DNA of 64,000 nucleotides from a virus (IMGVR_UViG_3300036985_002287:30613-94612), one strand, 5' to 3'; shown: positions 31,358 through 40,809, numbered from the stretch's first letter. Translations and numbers: made by a program. Notes: a model not told the origin generated them from the sequence alone.

Positions 31358-32581
31358 TTACTTAGAAGTCTTGCCCTTAGTGACAGACATATCAATACCA
31401 AGTTCTCGCGCAGTCTTAGCAGTGAGCATTTCAACAAGAGCAGCAGCACCGTTTCCGCCTTGGGCACTATTACCCATCACTACACTCGGAACCCAAGCGC
31501 CTTGATATTCACCCATTGCAGTTGCATAAGCCTTTGATACAGTTACATACGCTTCCAGCTTTGCATCCAAAGCACCGTCCGCGTTCATTCGCAGAGACTT
31601 TGCTTGTGCATCACCTTCACCACGAAGAATTTGTTCCTTCTTGTATTGTTCAGCAGCCTTTGCACCTAGCGTTGCCACAGCCACAGCCTTTTCAGCGAAA
31701 GCAATTTCCTTGGCATTCAGTGTTTCTTGTTCCCACTTTGCCTTAGCCGCAGTTGCCTTACCTTGTTGCTCAGTTGTGATCGCATCTTGTTCAGCTTTCT
31801 TTGCGTTGGCGATAGAGATTTGAACACCAGTTGTTGACTGTTGACGTTGCTTGATCTGGTCTTCAACGATCTGGTCGTACTTGATTTCGTTGATTGAGAC
31901 CGGCTGTAAAATGATGCCATACTTCGTAATCTGGGATTCAGATTCACGCATCGGCTGACCCTTGTCATTCATTGCAATCTGCACCACAGCCACTTGCTTA
32001 TCAGCACCAGTGATCGGATCCTTCTGCGTGACTGTGACAGTCTTTGTCAGATACGGACCGTGAATCAACTGATCGTCAATGTACTTCGGAATCTCAGGAC
32101 GCTTTTCAGCCGATGATTCAGTTGAACTCATTGTGGGTCCGACGTTGTAAATAACTTTCTGCATCGCCGGGCGAATCAATTGCTGCTCAATGGCGCCGAC
32201 TGATCCAAAGTCCTTGTGAAGCGCCACGATCTGTTCGTGCTTCAACGGCATCTGCCAGTTCACTGTTCCGGAGATGTTACCGTGACCACCGTCATTGAAG
32301 CGAGTGGAGATTGATTCATCAGTCGTTTTTCCCTGATCTTTCACGGAACTAAACGAGAACTGATCACGCCGTTGATACGTTGTAACTTTGCCGAACGCCT
32401 GGGCTTTCCAACCGGGTTCAGTAAAAGTATTCAGATCGCCGCCAAGTGCCTGAATCACCATGAGGTTCTTCGCATCAAGATTTTCCACCAGCATTGGCAG
32501 ACATATCAGAAGTGCGAAAAATGCAAGCCCTGATAGAGCGCCGACTAGAATTCGGCGCGGGGTAATTGTGGGGGTGTTCAT
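31358..32581 (-). CDS. SPFH/band-7 (prohibitin/flotillin-like) membrane protein
   Basis: N-terminal TM helix, SPFH-like core, C-terminal Ala/Lys/Glu/Gln coiled coil; start at MNTPT (AAGGA SD), alternative ATG 32602. Confidence 0.55.
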   Translation of the reverse strand: MNTPTITPRRILVGALSGLAFFALLICLPMLVENLDAKNLMVIQALGGDLNTFTEPGWKAQAFGKVTTYQRRDQFSFSSVKDQGKTTDESISTRFNDGGHGNISGTVNWQMPLKHEQIVALHKDFGSVGAIEQQLIRPAMQKVIYNVGPTMSSTESSAEKRPEIPKYIDDQLIHGPYLTKTVTVTQKDPITGADKQVAVVQIAMNDKGQPMRESESQITKYGIILQPVSINEIKYDQIVEDQIKQRQQSTTGVQISIANAKKAEQDAITTEQQGKATAAKAKWEQETLNAKEIAFAEKAVAVATLGAKAAEQYKKEQILRGEGDAQAKSLRMNADGALDAKLEAYVTVSKAYATAMGEYQGAWVPSVVMGNSAQGGNGAAALVEMLTAKTARELGIDMSVTKGKTSK

Positions 32582-32604
32582 GTAGTTTTTCCTTGGTAAC
32601 ATGA

Positions 32605-32874
32605 TTAAGATTTGACTATCGATGCTTCGACAATCTTCTGCTCAAGGGCAGCTTGCTCTTGATTTAAATCGAACAGTCGCTTTTGAAGGCGATACAGTTC
32701 GGTCTTTTCTTCCAGTTCGTGTTCAGCTTCCTCAACTGCAACAAGCAGAGGAGTAACCTTACGGAACATAGGAAAGAAAGGGGTGCTGAACAAGAAGGGC
32801 ATCACTATTTGAGTCAGAAACCCAATGAATAGCACCAGTGCCACAAACCCGCCAACCAATTCTAAAAAGATCAT
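32605..32874 (-). CDS. small membrane / coiled-coil protein
   Basis: 89 aa; TM helix then heptad-like acidic helix. Confidence 0.5.
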   Translation of the reverse strand: MIFLELVGGFVALVLFIGFLTQIVMPFLFSTPFFPMFRKVTPLLVAVEEAEHELEEKTELYRLQKRLFDLNQEQAALEQKIVEASIVKS

Positions 32875-32897
32875 ATAAACTCCTTTGTGTGTAGTGT

Positions 32898-32926
32898 ATT
32901 ATATGTAATTGATTATTAATTGTCTA
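32898..32926 (-). promoter_or_regulatory. promoter TAGACA-N17-TATAAT
   Basis: tgtcta 32921-32926; attata 32898-32903. Confidence 0.55.
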
Positions 32927-33152
32927 GTGGATTAAGGTTACTTTTGAAATGGTTGTTTACTACAGAAGCAAAATATTCTCGACGATATCGGTCTTTGGTC
33001 ATAATAACATCGGAGCATTCTTTAACAATTAATCTAGCAAATTCTTCTAATGCTTCTTCAGGGCAAATTACATAAGCAGGTGCTGACCCAGATACTACTC
33101 GAACGAACGGTATACCGGCCTGTTCGGCAAGTTGTTTCAGTTGTTCATTCAT
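32916..33152 (-). CDS. MNE-paralog family member
   Basis: MNEQLKQLAEQAGIPF...FARLIVKECS. Confidence 0.5.
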   Translation of the reverse strand: MNEQLKQLAEQAGIPFVRVVSGSAPAYVICPEEALEEFARLIVKECSDVIMTKDRYRREYFASVVNNHFKSNLNPLDN

Positions 33153-33346
33153 TACCAACCTTCTACGCCGGATACTTCAATCTTAAATTCGCCCTCTTCA
33201 CCCTCGATTGTGGTCCGTATTGTCATAGAAGTGGTTGAACCTATGCCGCTCGAATTATCCTGTTCAATTAAGAAGGTTTCGATATTAGGAAATTTATCCA
33301 TAATCTCTACCATCTTCTTTAAATCATCTCTGTGTATGTACATCAT
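33152..33346 (-). CDS. hypothetical protein
   Basis: 64 aa ORF. Confidence 0.45.
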   Translation of the reverse strand: MMYIHRDDLKKMVEIMDKFPNIETFLIEQDNSSGIGSTTSMTIRTTIEGEEGEFKIEVSGVEGW

Positions 33347-33363
33347 TTAACTCCGAATATTAA

Positions 33364-33807
33364 TTAGATCGAATACTCGTAATTAACGGTATCCGTGTTT
33401 TCCCTAAAAATCGCAGCACCATTCTTTAAATGGAATCGGCGAGCCATAGGCGTTTTAGGACTTAGTGTGACAAATCGTGTTACTGTTGGATATTGTATGC
33501 GAATGCTATCGACAGCCTTTAGTAACAGTTCGGCGCCTGCACCTGGTTTGTAACTCCATATTGTATAAAACACCGCCATAGTTGGATTATCGGTATTAGT
33601 TGATAGTTCGGCAACGTTCTCGGGAATCTCAGAATGGAAGCTGACACATACCATAGCATCAGGCGTACTATTCGATAAATCGTTGGATAGTGCAATAACT
33701 ATACGGCCGTCACTTACTCGGAACTCAGTTGGAATTTCCGGGCGGACAGGATCGTCTTTGATAAAGGATAGAAAGGAATTTAGGGTGTCTTTTATGTAAT
33801 GTATCAT
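33364..33807 (-). CDS. possible GNAT-fold acetyltransferase
   Basis: KPGAGAELLLKAV and ARRFHLKNGA resemble the GNAT acetyl-CoA-binding segment; weak. Confidence 0.45.
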   Translation of the reverse strand: MIHYIKDTLNSFLSFIKDDPVRPEIPTEFRVSDGRIVIALSNDLSNSTPDAMVCVSFHSEIPENVAELSTNTDNPTMAVFYTIWSYKPGAGAELLLKAVDSIRIQYPTVTRFVTLSPKTPMARRFHLKNGAAIFRENTDTVNYEYSI

Positions 33808-33864
33808 GATAATGATATTTATTATCTGCCGCTAAAAAATGAAATATTAGCACGTTATTTGACT

Positions 33865-34062
33865 TCAGTGTATTTTCTTTCTGAATATCTTAGCTTCCAA
33901 AAGTACATAAAAAGCCATAACCAAATTAATCATAGGCACCAAAGAGACGACCGCGCCGATGCAAATATCAACAATAGTGATAGAGCCTCGCTGCTTTCGA
34001 GTGCCGTAGAAAATACACACAAACGAAAGTAATACTGTTAATAAATAAATAGTTCCCATCAT
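33865..34062 (-). CDS. small membrane protein
   Basis: 65 aa, two hydrophobic helices. Confidence 0.5.
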   Translation of the reverse strand: MMGTIYLLTVLLSFVCIFYGTRKQRGSITIVDICIGAVVSLVPMINLVMAFYVLLEAKIFRKKIH

Positions 34063-34200
34063 TTCTTTCCCATCTCATAACGCCACGAATTATACGCATC
34101 GATACCCCAGCGGCGTTTCAACGATTCTTTTCCCATACATTCAATAAGAAGCTGATAATAACAAACTCGGAAATTACTATACTTGCCCAATATAAAATAG

Positions 34201-34452
34201 TCATTCTTCAACTCCAAAATGTCCTTCGAGTGTTCTTATCGCAACGAGTAACCCATCGTCGAATGCTCGATCATACACTTGACCAGCGGTGCCAACTTTG
34301 ATCGCTCTTACTTCTTCAATTTGATTAATACTTTCACGAATGATTAATTCTGCGAATTTTCTGTAGTCAAAATCACGTAACCCCTCGTGATCGCTTCCAT
34401 AAGGGGCAATCAATCCAGCTTTTCTTGCTAGGTCTCTCGTAATATCAATCAT
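34201..34452 (-). CDS. MNE / FAELIIRE / HFGVEE paralog
   Basis: MIDITRDLARKAGL...FAELIIRES...GHFGVEE; start trimmed. Confidence 0.5.
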   Translation of the reverse strand: MIDITRDLARKAGLIAPYGSDHEGLRDFDYRKFAELIIRESINQIEEVRAIKVGTAGQVYDRAFDDGLLVAIRTLEGHFGVEE

Positions 34453-34723
34453 ATACCTTCCAACAGTTGTTGTCATAGTCCCAGTGTCGGGTGTCGTAAA
34501 TCTGCACTTCCACACCGTATCCGAATAAGCATAACTCCAACGACGGTCCGGCGTGGTCGCACCGCACTGACCAATTAAAACTTATCTTGAGTAAGTCATA
34601 CGAATAGCGACAAATTTCAAATTCCCACGCTTTGTGCTCGGTAATCTTACAGGAACGGCAAAACAAGTTTTGGAAGTTTTCCGTGTACCACGGATTGGTA
34701 ATACTAAGTTGTAGATTTATCAT
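34445..34723 (-). CDS. hypothetical protein
   Basis: Start uncertain (ATGs at 34723-34753); track start 34843 would overlap the upstream gene extensively. Confidence 0.4.
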   Translation of the reverse strand: MINLQLSITNPWYTENFQNLFCRSCKITEHKAWEFEICRYSYDLLKISFNWSVRCDHAGPSLELCLFGYGVEVQIYDTRHWDYDNNCWKVYD

Positions 34724-34928
34724 GAAGTTTATTCGCTTCATTTTCATCGCCATCCATAATTTCGAGCGTGCCGTCGAAATTGTAGCCAATGCCTTTGAGC
34801 CAATCCTGAATATGATTAAGCAAGTCCGGCCAAGTCTGTTCACCTGTGATAGTATGCTTTATTTCACGACCTGGGCCAAAGGATGTAACTTCGTCATCCT
34901 CATATATAAGAGTATATTTGCTCGTCAT
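34704..34928 (-). CDS. hypothetical protein
   Basis: 74 aa ORF. Confidence 0.5.
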   Translation of the reverse strand: MTSKYTLIYEDDEVTSFGPGREIKHTITGEQTWPDLLNHIQDWLKGIGYNFDGTLEIMDGDENEANKLHDKSTT

Positions 34929-34929
34929 A

Positions 34930-35478
34930 TTATTTCTCGATTGAAAATTTTGCTATTGCTTCTCTGAGGATATGTTCAACATAGTGGTTGAGAGTCATAT
35001 CAGCTTCGTGAGCTTGCGTCATCAATAACAATTTGGTTTCATCATCCAAATTTAATGTTATCGTTATGCGTGTATCATATTCTTTACCAGCAGCAATGGC
35101 AGTAGCCTTTTTCAAGATATCTTCTTCGACATCTAAATCGATGAACTTACTATCGTCCAGCGATGCTTCAAAATCTACGCCGCGGCAATCTGCCTCTGCC
35201 TTGTGTGCTTCCAGATAGTCCGGATGAATCCAGCGATATTCGCGATGGTTAGCATAGTCCCACGCTTGCATTTCATATACAACTTGAGTCTTTGTATCAA
35301 AGATGACACTTATCGAGCAGCCTGTGTCGTCATGTTTCTGGTTCCAGAAATCCATGTTATAGGCATCCGGACCATAACATGCCCAACCGTAGGTACTACC
35401 TTCAGTAATTTTATACTGAGTGCATTCCATAAAATCTTTAAGAGTAATAATAGTCATTTCGGGTCCTTTATATACCAA
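34930..35478 (-). CDS. hypothetical protein (C-terminal ribbon-helix-helix-like tail?)
   Basis: 182 aa; tail ...MTLNHYVEHILREAIAKF weakly RHH-like. Confidence 0.5.
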   Translation of the reverse strand: MVYKGPEMTIITLKDFMECTQYKITEGSTYGWACYGPDAYNMDFWNQKHDDTGCSISVIFDTKTQVVYEMQAWDYANHREYRWIHPDYLEAHKAEADCRGVDFEASLDDSKFIDLDVEEDILKKATAIAAGKEYDTRITITLNLDDETKLLLMTQAHEADMTLNHYVEHILREAIAKFSIEK

Positions 35479-35642
35479 CCAGTCTTCAACTCTGAGTTCA
35501 ACTTACCTTTTTTCTCATAATGTGTCTTTGTAAATTCAGACATAGTATGAAATTCTGTAATTTTCCGCAAGATTTCTTCAATATTTTTTCCTGCAACTTG
35601 TGTGCTGTATTCTTTGCCCATTTTAATTTCAGCAGTAATCAT
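35454..35642 (-). CDS. hypothetical protein
   Basis: 62 aa ORF. Confidence 0.45.
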   Translation of the reverse strand: MITAEIKMGKEYSTQVAGKNIEEILRKITEFHTMSEFTKTHYEKKGKLNSELKTGWYIKDPK

Positions 35643-36106
35643 TTCGGTTCCTTGGTTAATTTACAAATTAGCATAAATTCTTCATACGCATTTCTCACTG
35701 CCTGGTTATTTAACAGTTTATCAGCTTCTTCCTGCATCGCTTTTACGGCGGCATCGGTTGCTTCTTGTGCAGATGGCCACTGAAGTGCATGTGTTTCTTC
35801 ACCAAACGATGCTGCCAATGCAGCCCATGCAATCCGTTGTTCCTCAGTCAATAGAGTACTTCCTCTAGCTGCTCTTAAATCTGACTCACGCATTATAACA
35901 CGTGAGATAGCATCTTTGCAATATCTACCAGCTGCAATCATCGGTGCAAATGCAGGATCAATGTCGTAATTCCGTTGCTCGCCGTTCTTATATTTCATCA
36001 CTAAGTGATTACCATACGGCATAGCATTATAGAACTTGGTCCTATCGTCATATTCCCTAACAGGAATATATTTACGACCTTCTTTTTTATAGAATATTGT
36101 TTTCAT
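35639..36106 (-). CDS. hypothetical protein
   Basis: 155 aa ORF. Confidence 0.5.
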   Translation of the reverse strand: MKTIFYKKEGRKYIPVREYDDRTKFYNAMPYGNHLVMKYKNGEQRNYDIDPAFAPMIAAGRYCKDAISRVIMRESDLRAARGSTLLTEEQRIAWAALAASFGEETHALQWPSAQEATDAAVKAMQEEADKLLNNQAVRNAYEEFMLICKLTKEPK

Positions 36107-36470
36107 TACCCGTGTATGTTAATGTTATATCTTCAACTTCGGGATTAGCATTCATGGCTAACCAGCGACCCCATACATACATAGCATCGCCATTGTATCC
36201 CGGGTCGCCCGATAATAGATAAACTCGACCGCTACCTGTTACACCTTTGCGTGATTTGACATCAAAGGTTTGGACAGCAGAACAAACACGACCTTCATAG
36301 CCGGCATATCCTACAAAATGGATAGTATCTCCTGTTCCGTGAAAATCCCCCTTAACACGATAGATTCTCCATTGTGTCAGAGTTGTATTTGGTTCCTGTG
36401 TCACATCAGCAGGTTTCCATATGCTAATGCTTTCTAAATGGTCCATAAGTTTTTCAAAATTTGTTGTCAT
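36087..36470 (-). CDS. hypothetical protein
   Basis: 127 aa ORF; AAGGA SD; promoter upstream. Confidence 0.55.
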   Translation of the reverse strand: MTTNFEKLMDHLESISIWKPADVTQEPNTTLTQWRIYRVKGDFHGTGDTIHFVGYAGYEGRVCSAVQTFDVKSRKGVTGSGRVYLLSGDPGYNGDAMYVWGRWLAMNANPEVEDITLTYTGNENNIL

Positions 36471-36487
36471 ATCCGATCCTTTGTCCT

Positions 36488-36516
36488 ATTATAGTACAGA
36501 GTTTAAAACTAGTCAA
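36488..36516 (-). promoter_or_regulatory. promoter TTGACT-N17-TATAAT
   Basis: agtcaa 36511-36516; attata 36488-36493. Confidence 0.65.
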
Positions 36517-37439
36517 TCTTTTAGATCTACCTTGTTCACAACAAAAGGCTCTATTTCCTTAAACTCGGTTTCAGTGGCCTGGTAGAATTTCCATTCATTT
36601 AATTCGACACAAGTTAATCCAGCCCATTTCTTCGGCGCCACACCATGCTGCGAATATCCGCCTGTATTCGACCAGCGACATTGCCATGCGCCGGTATCGA
36701 TACAAGTCTGCCCTACTATAGTAATTGGTTGATGTAATGTTGTATGGCCACAGATGATGTGTGATAGCTCATCATTAAACATACCAGTCATGTCGTTATA
36801 TTTAATTACTCTGACTATCTTATCTCTATTACTTAAATCGCGTTCATACATCTCGTAGAATATACATCTATGCCATGTAAGTGAATCACCTTCATAACAT
36901 GGAACAGTTGCTATTTTTCTTACGTCATCCGGGTCAGATAAAATTTCATCCGAAAGAGGTACCCGTACCTCCGGGAATTCTGCGTGAATGATATGAAACT
37001 TTTTACCATTCTTTACATCTACTGTAATAAGGTAAGGCAATTCCTCTACAAGTGGCAGTAGATCAAACAGGGCAACACTATGATCGGAAGGTATCAGTGC
37101 CGGATTCTTTTTATCGTTTATTGCTTCTATTCCCCATTGTCCACCATTATTAAACCACATACTATCAGTCCCGTGCGGCCAGTGGAATTTTTCAAGCATC
37201 ATCTGTTCATGATTACCTAACACAGCATGAAACCAAGGCTCTCTAATTAGTTCCAAACATTTGAGATGGTCGGGACCTCGGTCGACCAAGTCACCAACGG
37301 AAATCATACGGTCGATGGTAGTATCGAAATTAATATTCTTTAGCAAATTCTGAAGCACATCGTAGCATCCGTGGAGGTCTCCGATCACGAAATCGCGACC
37401 TAATAAATTCGTCTCTAATGTCTTTAATGCATCCTTCAT
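36513..37439 (-). CDS. Ser/Thr protein phosphatase-family metallophosphoesterase (lambda PP / ApaH-like)
   Basis: GDLHGCYD, GDLVDRGP, GNHE motifs in order. Confidence 0.8.
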   Translation of the reverse strand: MKDALKTLETNLLGRDFVIGDLHGCYDVLQNLLKNINFDTTIDRMISVGDLVDRGPDHLKCLELIREPWFHAVLGNHEQMMLEKFHWPHGTDSMWFNNGGQWGIEAINDKKNPALIPSDHSVALFDLLPLVEELPYLITVDVKNGKKFHIIHAEFPEVRVPLSDEILSDPDDVRKIATVPCYEGDSLTWHRCIFYEMYERDLSNRDKIVRVIKYNDMTGMFNDELSHIICGHTTLHQPITIVGQTCIDTGAWQCRWSNTGGYSQHGVAPKKWAGLTCVELNEWKFYQATETEFKEIEPFVVNKVDLKD

Positions 37440-37705
37440 TCTTTAATTCCCCATACTTTCTTTGTAGCTTCTAATGTAAATGCACCACTCGTTGTAATGC
37501 GAGTTAAAAAATCTTCCTCTTCCTGTGTTAGTACGGGAATCGGTCTAATCTCATACCAAAATTCGTAAGAATCGTTTTTACCGAAATCTTCCTCTTGTCT
37601 TGCACACTTATCGCAAAATGGATGATCGCCCGCAAACTGAGTTGAACGAATCCATACAGTGGGAGCATTGCATATTATACAAAATTCCTCTTTTATTTTT
37701 GTCAT
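37436..37705 (-). CDS. small zinc-ribbon-like protein
   Basis: 89 aa; CIIC...CDKC. Confidence 0.5.
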   Translation of the reverse strand: MTKIKEEFCIICNAPTVWIRSTQFAGDHPFCDKCARQEEDFGKNDSYEFWYEIRPIPVLTQEEEDFLTRITTSGAFTLEATKKVWGIKE

Positions 37706-37980
37706 TCTTCAACTCCGAAGTGTTCACTAATGCTATCTCTGATTGTTTGGGCAGTATCATCATTATCCCAATTAAACTCCAATGCGTTCTTATGTTCTTG
37801 GTGGACAATACCCAAACATTCCCGAACAATAAGTTCGGCGAACTTTTCCGGGCTAAACTTAGTTTCGGTAGTAGTTACATAACGATAAGGCGGCCGATCA
37901 TTATCCCATGCACCCGAAATTTCCCGAGTTTCGATTGTGATAATAGATTGTTTTTCAAGTTCTTGCAGTCGTTTATTCAT
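37702..37980 (-). CDS. MNE / FAELIVRE / HFGVEE paralog
   Basis: MNKRLQELEKQ...FAELIVRECL...EHFGVEE; start trimmed (ATGA overlap). Confidence 0.5.
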   Translation of the reverse strand: MNKRLQELEKQSIITIETREISGAWDNDRPPYRYVTTTETKFSPEKFAELIVRECLGIVHQEHKNALEFNWDNDDTAQTIRDSISEHFGVEE

Positions 37981-38303
37981 TTTATTCCTGCTAATACATT
38001 TAACACGTTTTCCTGATCTGCCCATGCTTTTTCCTGATCAACCCTAATCTTCAGATACTCGCGTATGTGTCTGCGATTGCTCCAAATAAACTTTTCGTAT
38101 TTTAACAAACTTTTAGCACACCCTTCGCATCCATAAACAAATAACATACCGGCGAGTTCGATATAACCAAAAGAATCATCGCTATCCTCCGGAAAGCTAT
38201 GATCCTTACCGCAGCCACAATGCACCCACGGGCCACCACCACCCAGGCCAGCATCCCACATCATATCACTGGCTCTATCGGTGGGTTCTGTATAATTTGG
38301 CAT
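37977..38303 (-). CDS. hypothetical Cys-rich protein
   Basis: 108 aa; HCGCG...CEGC. Confidence 0.5.
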   Translation of the reverse strand: MPNYTEPTDRASDMMWDAGLGGGGPWVHCGCGKDHSFPEDSDDSFGYIELAGMLFVYGCEGCAKSLLKYEKFIWSNRRHIREYLKIRVDQEKAWADQENVLNVLAGIK

Positions 38304-38497
38304 TAATCGTCCCCGTATAAAGCATCGCCCAAACTTTGCTCGAGCTCGCTGATTTTATCTTCCAGTCGCTCAACTACTTTATCCTTTTCGTCCTCGAGGC
38401 TAGATAGTTGTTCCTGCAGATATGTTATCTGTCCACGCAGACGAATATTTTCCTGTTGTAGTTCAAATATTCGTTCGTCCTTCAAGTCATCCATCAT
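38303..38497 (-). CDS. small coiled-coil protein
   Basis: 64 aa, heptad-like acidic helix. Confidence 0.45.
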   Translation of the reverse strand: MMDDLKDERIFELQQENIRLRGQITYLQEQLSSLEDEKDKVVERLEDKISELEQSLGDALYGDD

Positions 38498-38973
38498 TTT
38501 ATAAGTCCTTTGCGCTTTCTGCGTTCAATTTCTTTCTTATATTCTTTCGGAGACCATTGCTGCCCGTTGATCCAATATTCTTTTGGATGTCCTGTAGCAT
38601 CAACTGCCGGCCCATCCAGACGATGCAATTTTCCATCTACAAACCAAAACCTACTCTGCTTATGTCTATATGCGGGGCCGTCTTCACGATGAAGTTCACC
38701 GTCTTTATACCAACCTTCGAAATCATACTTTCTACTAATATGTGATGGACCAAAGAGTCTATGAAGTACCTTCTTTTCTGCGAAGGCCGATTCGGGTTGT
38801 GGACTACTCGATTTACGATATATAACATCCATGGCACCTGTGCCAGATCCCCACCAGTCTTCCCACAGCTTACCACGCACATAATAATGCGGTCTAACAG
38901 GGTTCATAAATTCTTTATCGATGGTAAGAGCTTCAATTAGCCGATCACCTTCTCTATCGTCGTGCTTAGTCAT
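38494..38973 (-). CDS. MORN-repeat-like protein
   Basis: Repeats GELHREDGPA / GKLHRLDGPA / WINGQ; start uncertain (38973, 39033 or GTG 39039). Confidence 0.5.
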   Translation of the reverse strand: MTKHDDREGDRLIEALTIDKEFMNPVRPHYYVRGKLWEDWWGSGTGAMDVIYRKSSSPQPESAFAEKKVLHRLFGPSHISRKYDFEGWYKDGELHREDGPAYRHKQSRFWFVDGKLHRLDGPAVDATGHPKEYWINGQQWSPKEYKKEIERRKRKGLIK

Positions 38974-38989
38974 ATTATTGTATTTTACA

Positions 38990-39334
38990 CTATCTGTCAA
39001 AGGTAGAGTATGTCTCCAAGAACCGTTCGACATCGCCACATAATTTTATCGTAATAGCATCACTCTCTGAAAATAATATCAATCTCTTTTTTGTAACAAA
39101 ATAAGGATAATCTATCTTCGACATCGCCCGTTGATGTCTGGATTTAATTGTATCTGGCAATTCGAATGAATAAACAGTAAAGATAGACTTAACAATAATA
39201 AAGCCGGTCAGTGACAATCTCACACCATCAGGATGATGAAATAAGAGTTTATTGAGTTGGTTATCGTCTAACGATGCTGCCGTCTCATGCTTACTCCTGA
39301 CCTCGGTAAATATAGCCGCTTTAAGTGGTAACAT
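38990..39334 (-). CDS. hypothetical protein
   Basis: 114 aa ORF. Confidence 0.5.
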   Translation of the reverse strand: MLPLKAAIFTEVRSKHETAASLDDNQLNKLLFHHPDGVRLSLTGFIIVKSIFTVYSFELPDTIKSRHQRAMSKIDYPYFVTKKRLILFSESDAITIKLCGDVERFLETYSTFDR

Positions 39335-39341
39335 AAACTAT

Positions 39342-39566
39342 TTATAATAACCAACGAACAATACCTACAAGATTTATAACAACAAAGAAATAACTTTGAT
39401 ATATTATAGATTTAGAAGCATCCGAATCTTTTAATAAATAAATTGTTGCTATGTTAGATAAAAGAAATAACAGGAATGCCCAGCCTGACACAGAAATTTT
39501 CAGTGCCATGAGCATCGAGCCTGCGACCGCTCCCCAGAATGATGTGTGATCTAAAAATGATTTCAT
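39342..39566 (-). CDS. small membrane protein (leaderless)
   Basis: 74 aa, three hydrophobic helices; ATG 5 nt after TATAAT. Confidence 0.5.
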   Translation of the reverse strand: MKSFLDHTSFWGAVAGSMLMALKISVSGWAFLLFLLSNIATIYLLKDSDASKSIIYQSYFFVVINLVGIVRWLL

Positions 39567-39571
39567 ATTAC

Positions 39572-39600
39572 ATTATAACACATGATAAGATAAATAGCAA
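39572..39600 (-). promoter_or_regulatory. promoter TTGCTA-N17-TATAAT, 5 nt from ATG
   Basis: tagcaa 39595-39600; attata 39572-39577. Confidence 0.55.
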
Positions 39601-39601
39601 T

Positions 39602-39979
39602 ATGAAGATTAAAGAAGCTATATTAGAACCTGCAATATCTCACTTAATTCAGCTTTGTAAAGAGGAATTAGGTATAACTGAATTGCCACACATCCATCTT
39701 ATAAGTAATCAATCCTTTATTGAATCCGGAGATAAGAAATCTTTCGGTGAGTTCAATGGAAACCACGTTAAGGTAATTACAAAAGGTAGACACCCATTGG
39801 ATGTCATGCGAACACTTGCCCATGAACTAACACATTGGAAACAACAGTTAGAAGGTGACGTGATGGATGGCGAAGACGGCAGTGATGTAGAAAATGAAGC
39901 TAATAGCACTGCCGGGGTAATTATGCGTAAATTCGCAGAAAAATATCCCGACTCTTTCTTAAGTTCTATACCAGATTAA
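39602..39979 (+). CDS. HExxH motif protein (putative small metallopeptidase)
   Basis: LAHELTHWKQQ; start at MKIKEAIL; plus strand. Confidence 0.45.
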   Translation: MKIKEAILEPAISHLIQLCKEELGITELPHIHLISNQSFIESGDKKSFGEFNGNHVKVITKGRHPLDVMRTLAHELTHWKQQLEGDVMDGEDGSDVENEANSTAGVIMRKFAEKYPDSFLSSIPD

Positions 39980-40269
39980 TCATCTGCCTCGGTACACTGT
40001 ACTCCAGTAACTAATTTAAATACAGAAAAATCACTTGTCTTGAACATCTTGTTTAATCTCTCTGCTAGATTAAAAGCATGGCCAGAGTTAGAAAAGGATA
40101 CCTTCTTATACTTAGGACCAGGATAAGAAATTAAGTGGCTTAGTGTACGAAGATTTATAGGCTTTTCTTGATAAAATACAGCATAGATAGCATCAGCATT
40201 CAACACTTGTTCTGCCTTGTATTGTTTGTTAACATTCTCTAAAAGTATGGTGGGTTTTGGTCTCGCCAT
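39976..40269 (-). CDS. hypothetical protein
   Basis: Start trimmed to MARPKPT; 4-nt tail overlap with convergent gene. Confidence 0.45.
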   Translation of the reverse strand: MARPKPTILLENVNKQYKAEQVLNADAIYAVFYQEKPINLRTLSHLISYPGPKYKKVSFSNSGHAFNLAERLNKMFKTSDFSVFKLVTGVQCTEADD

Positions 40270-40353
40270 GTAAGTATTCTCCAATAATATGTATATATTT
40301 ATCAAAAAATACACTTTTAATGAGTTTCTAAAATATCAGATAAATAATAGATT

Positions 40354-40596
40354 ATGAAATTACAAGAATTAATCCGAGAAAACAGATTAGAGCAGGCCCG
40401 ATATAATGCCGAATTCGACAAGGCTAACGGTCAGTGGGAACCTAGCCGTCCCAAAATGATACCTACTTATTCAGTCTTTATAAATGGTAAACACTGGAGA
40501 GATTTTGAATCGGAAGATGCAGCTATGAAATCTGCAAATACAGTGTATAACAAGAAACCCCGTTGCAGGGTAGATGTTATGCCGTATAAAAGGTAA
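40354..40596 (+). CDS. hypothetical protein
   Basis: 80 aa plus-strand ORF ending in the convergent hairpin. Confidence 0.45.
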   Translation: MKLQELIRENRLEQARYNAEFDKANGQWEPSRPKMIPTYSVFINGKHWRDFESEDAAMKSANTVYNKKPRCRVDVMPYKR

Positions 40597-40612
40597 GACC
40601 CGAAGGTCTTAC
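40593..40612. terminator. hairpin between convergent genes
   Basis: GTAAGACC-CGAA-GGTCTTAC (8 bp) overlapping both stop codons; T tract only in minus sense. Confidence 0.5.
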
Positions 40613-40809
40613 TATAGATGCCCGCCGTCTATTATTCGAGTTGTTTCGGCGGGTGCATTGATAACCACTTCGAGTGGTTTTTCTTTTTGTATTAGAAGAC
40701 CCTCAATCTCTTTCAACAATTGCTTCGCTTGTGTCATGGACATCCTGTATTCCACAACATCTTTTTTAACGTTCTGTAAACGTAATTTGAATTTATTTAT
40801 TTCCTGCAT
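40612..40809 (-). CDS. hypothetical protein
   Basis: 65 aa ORF. Confidence 0.45.
   Translation of the reverse strand: MQEINKFKLRLQNVKKDVVEYRMSMTQAKQLLKEIEGLLIQKEKPLEVVINAPAETTRIIDGGHL

Noticed and set aside
37600-38016. 138-aa plus-strand ORF, and similar ones at 22774-23181, 24132-24524 and 35203-35520
   Set aside because: All are antisense to minus-strand genes that carry recognisable motifs or family membership.
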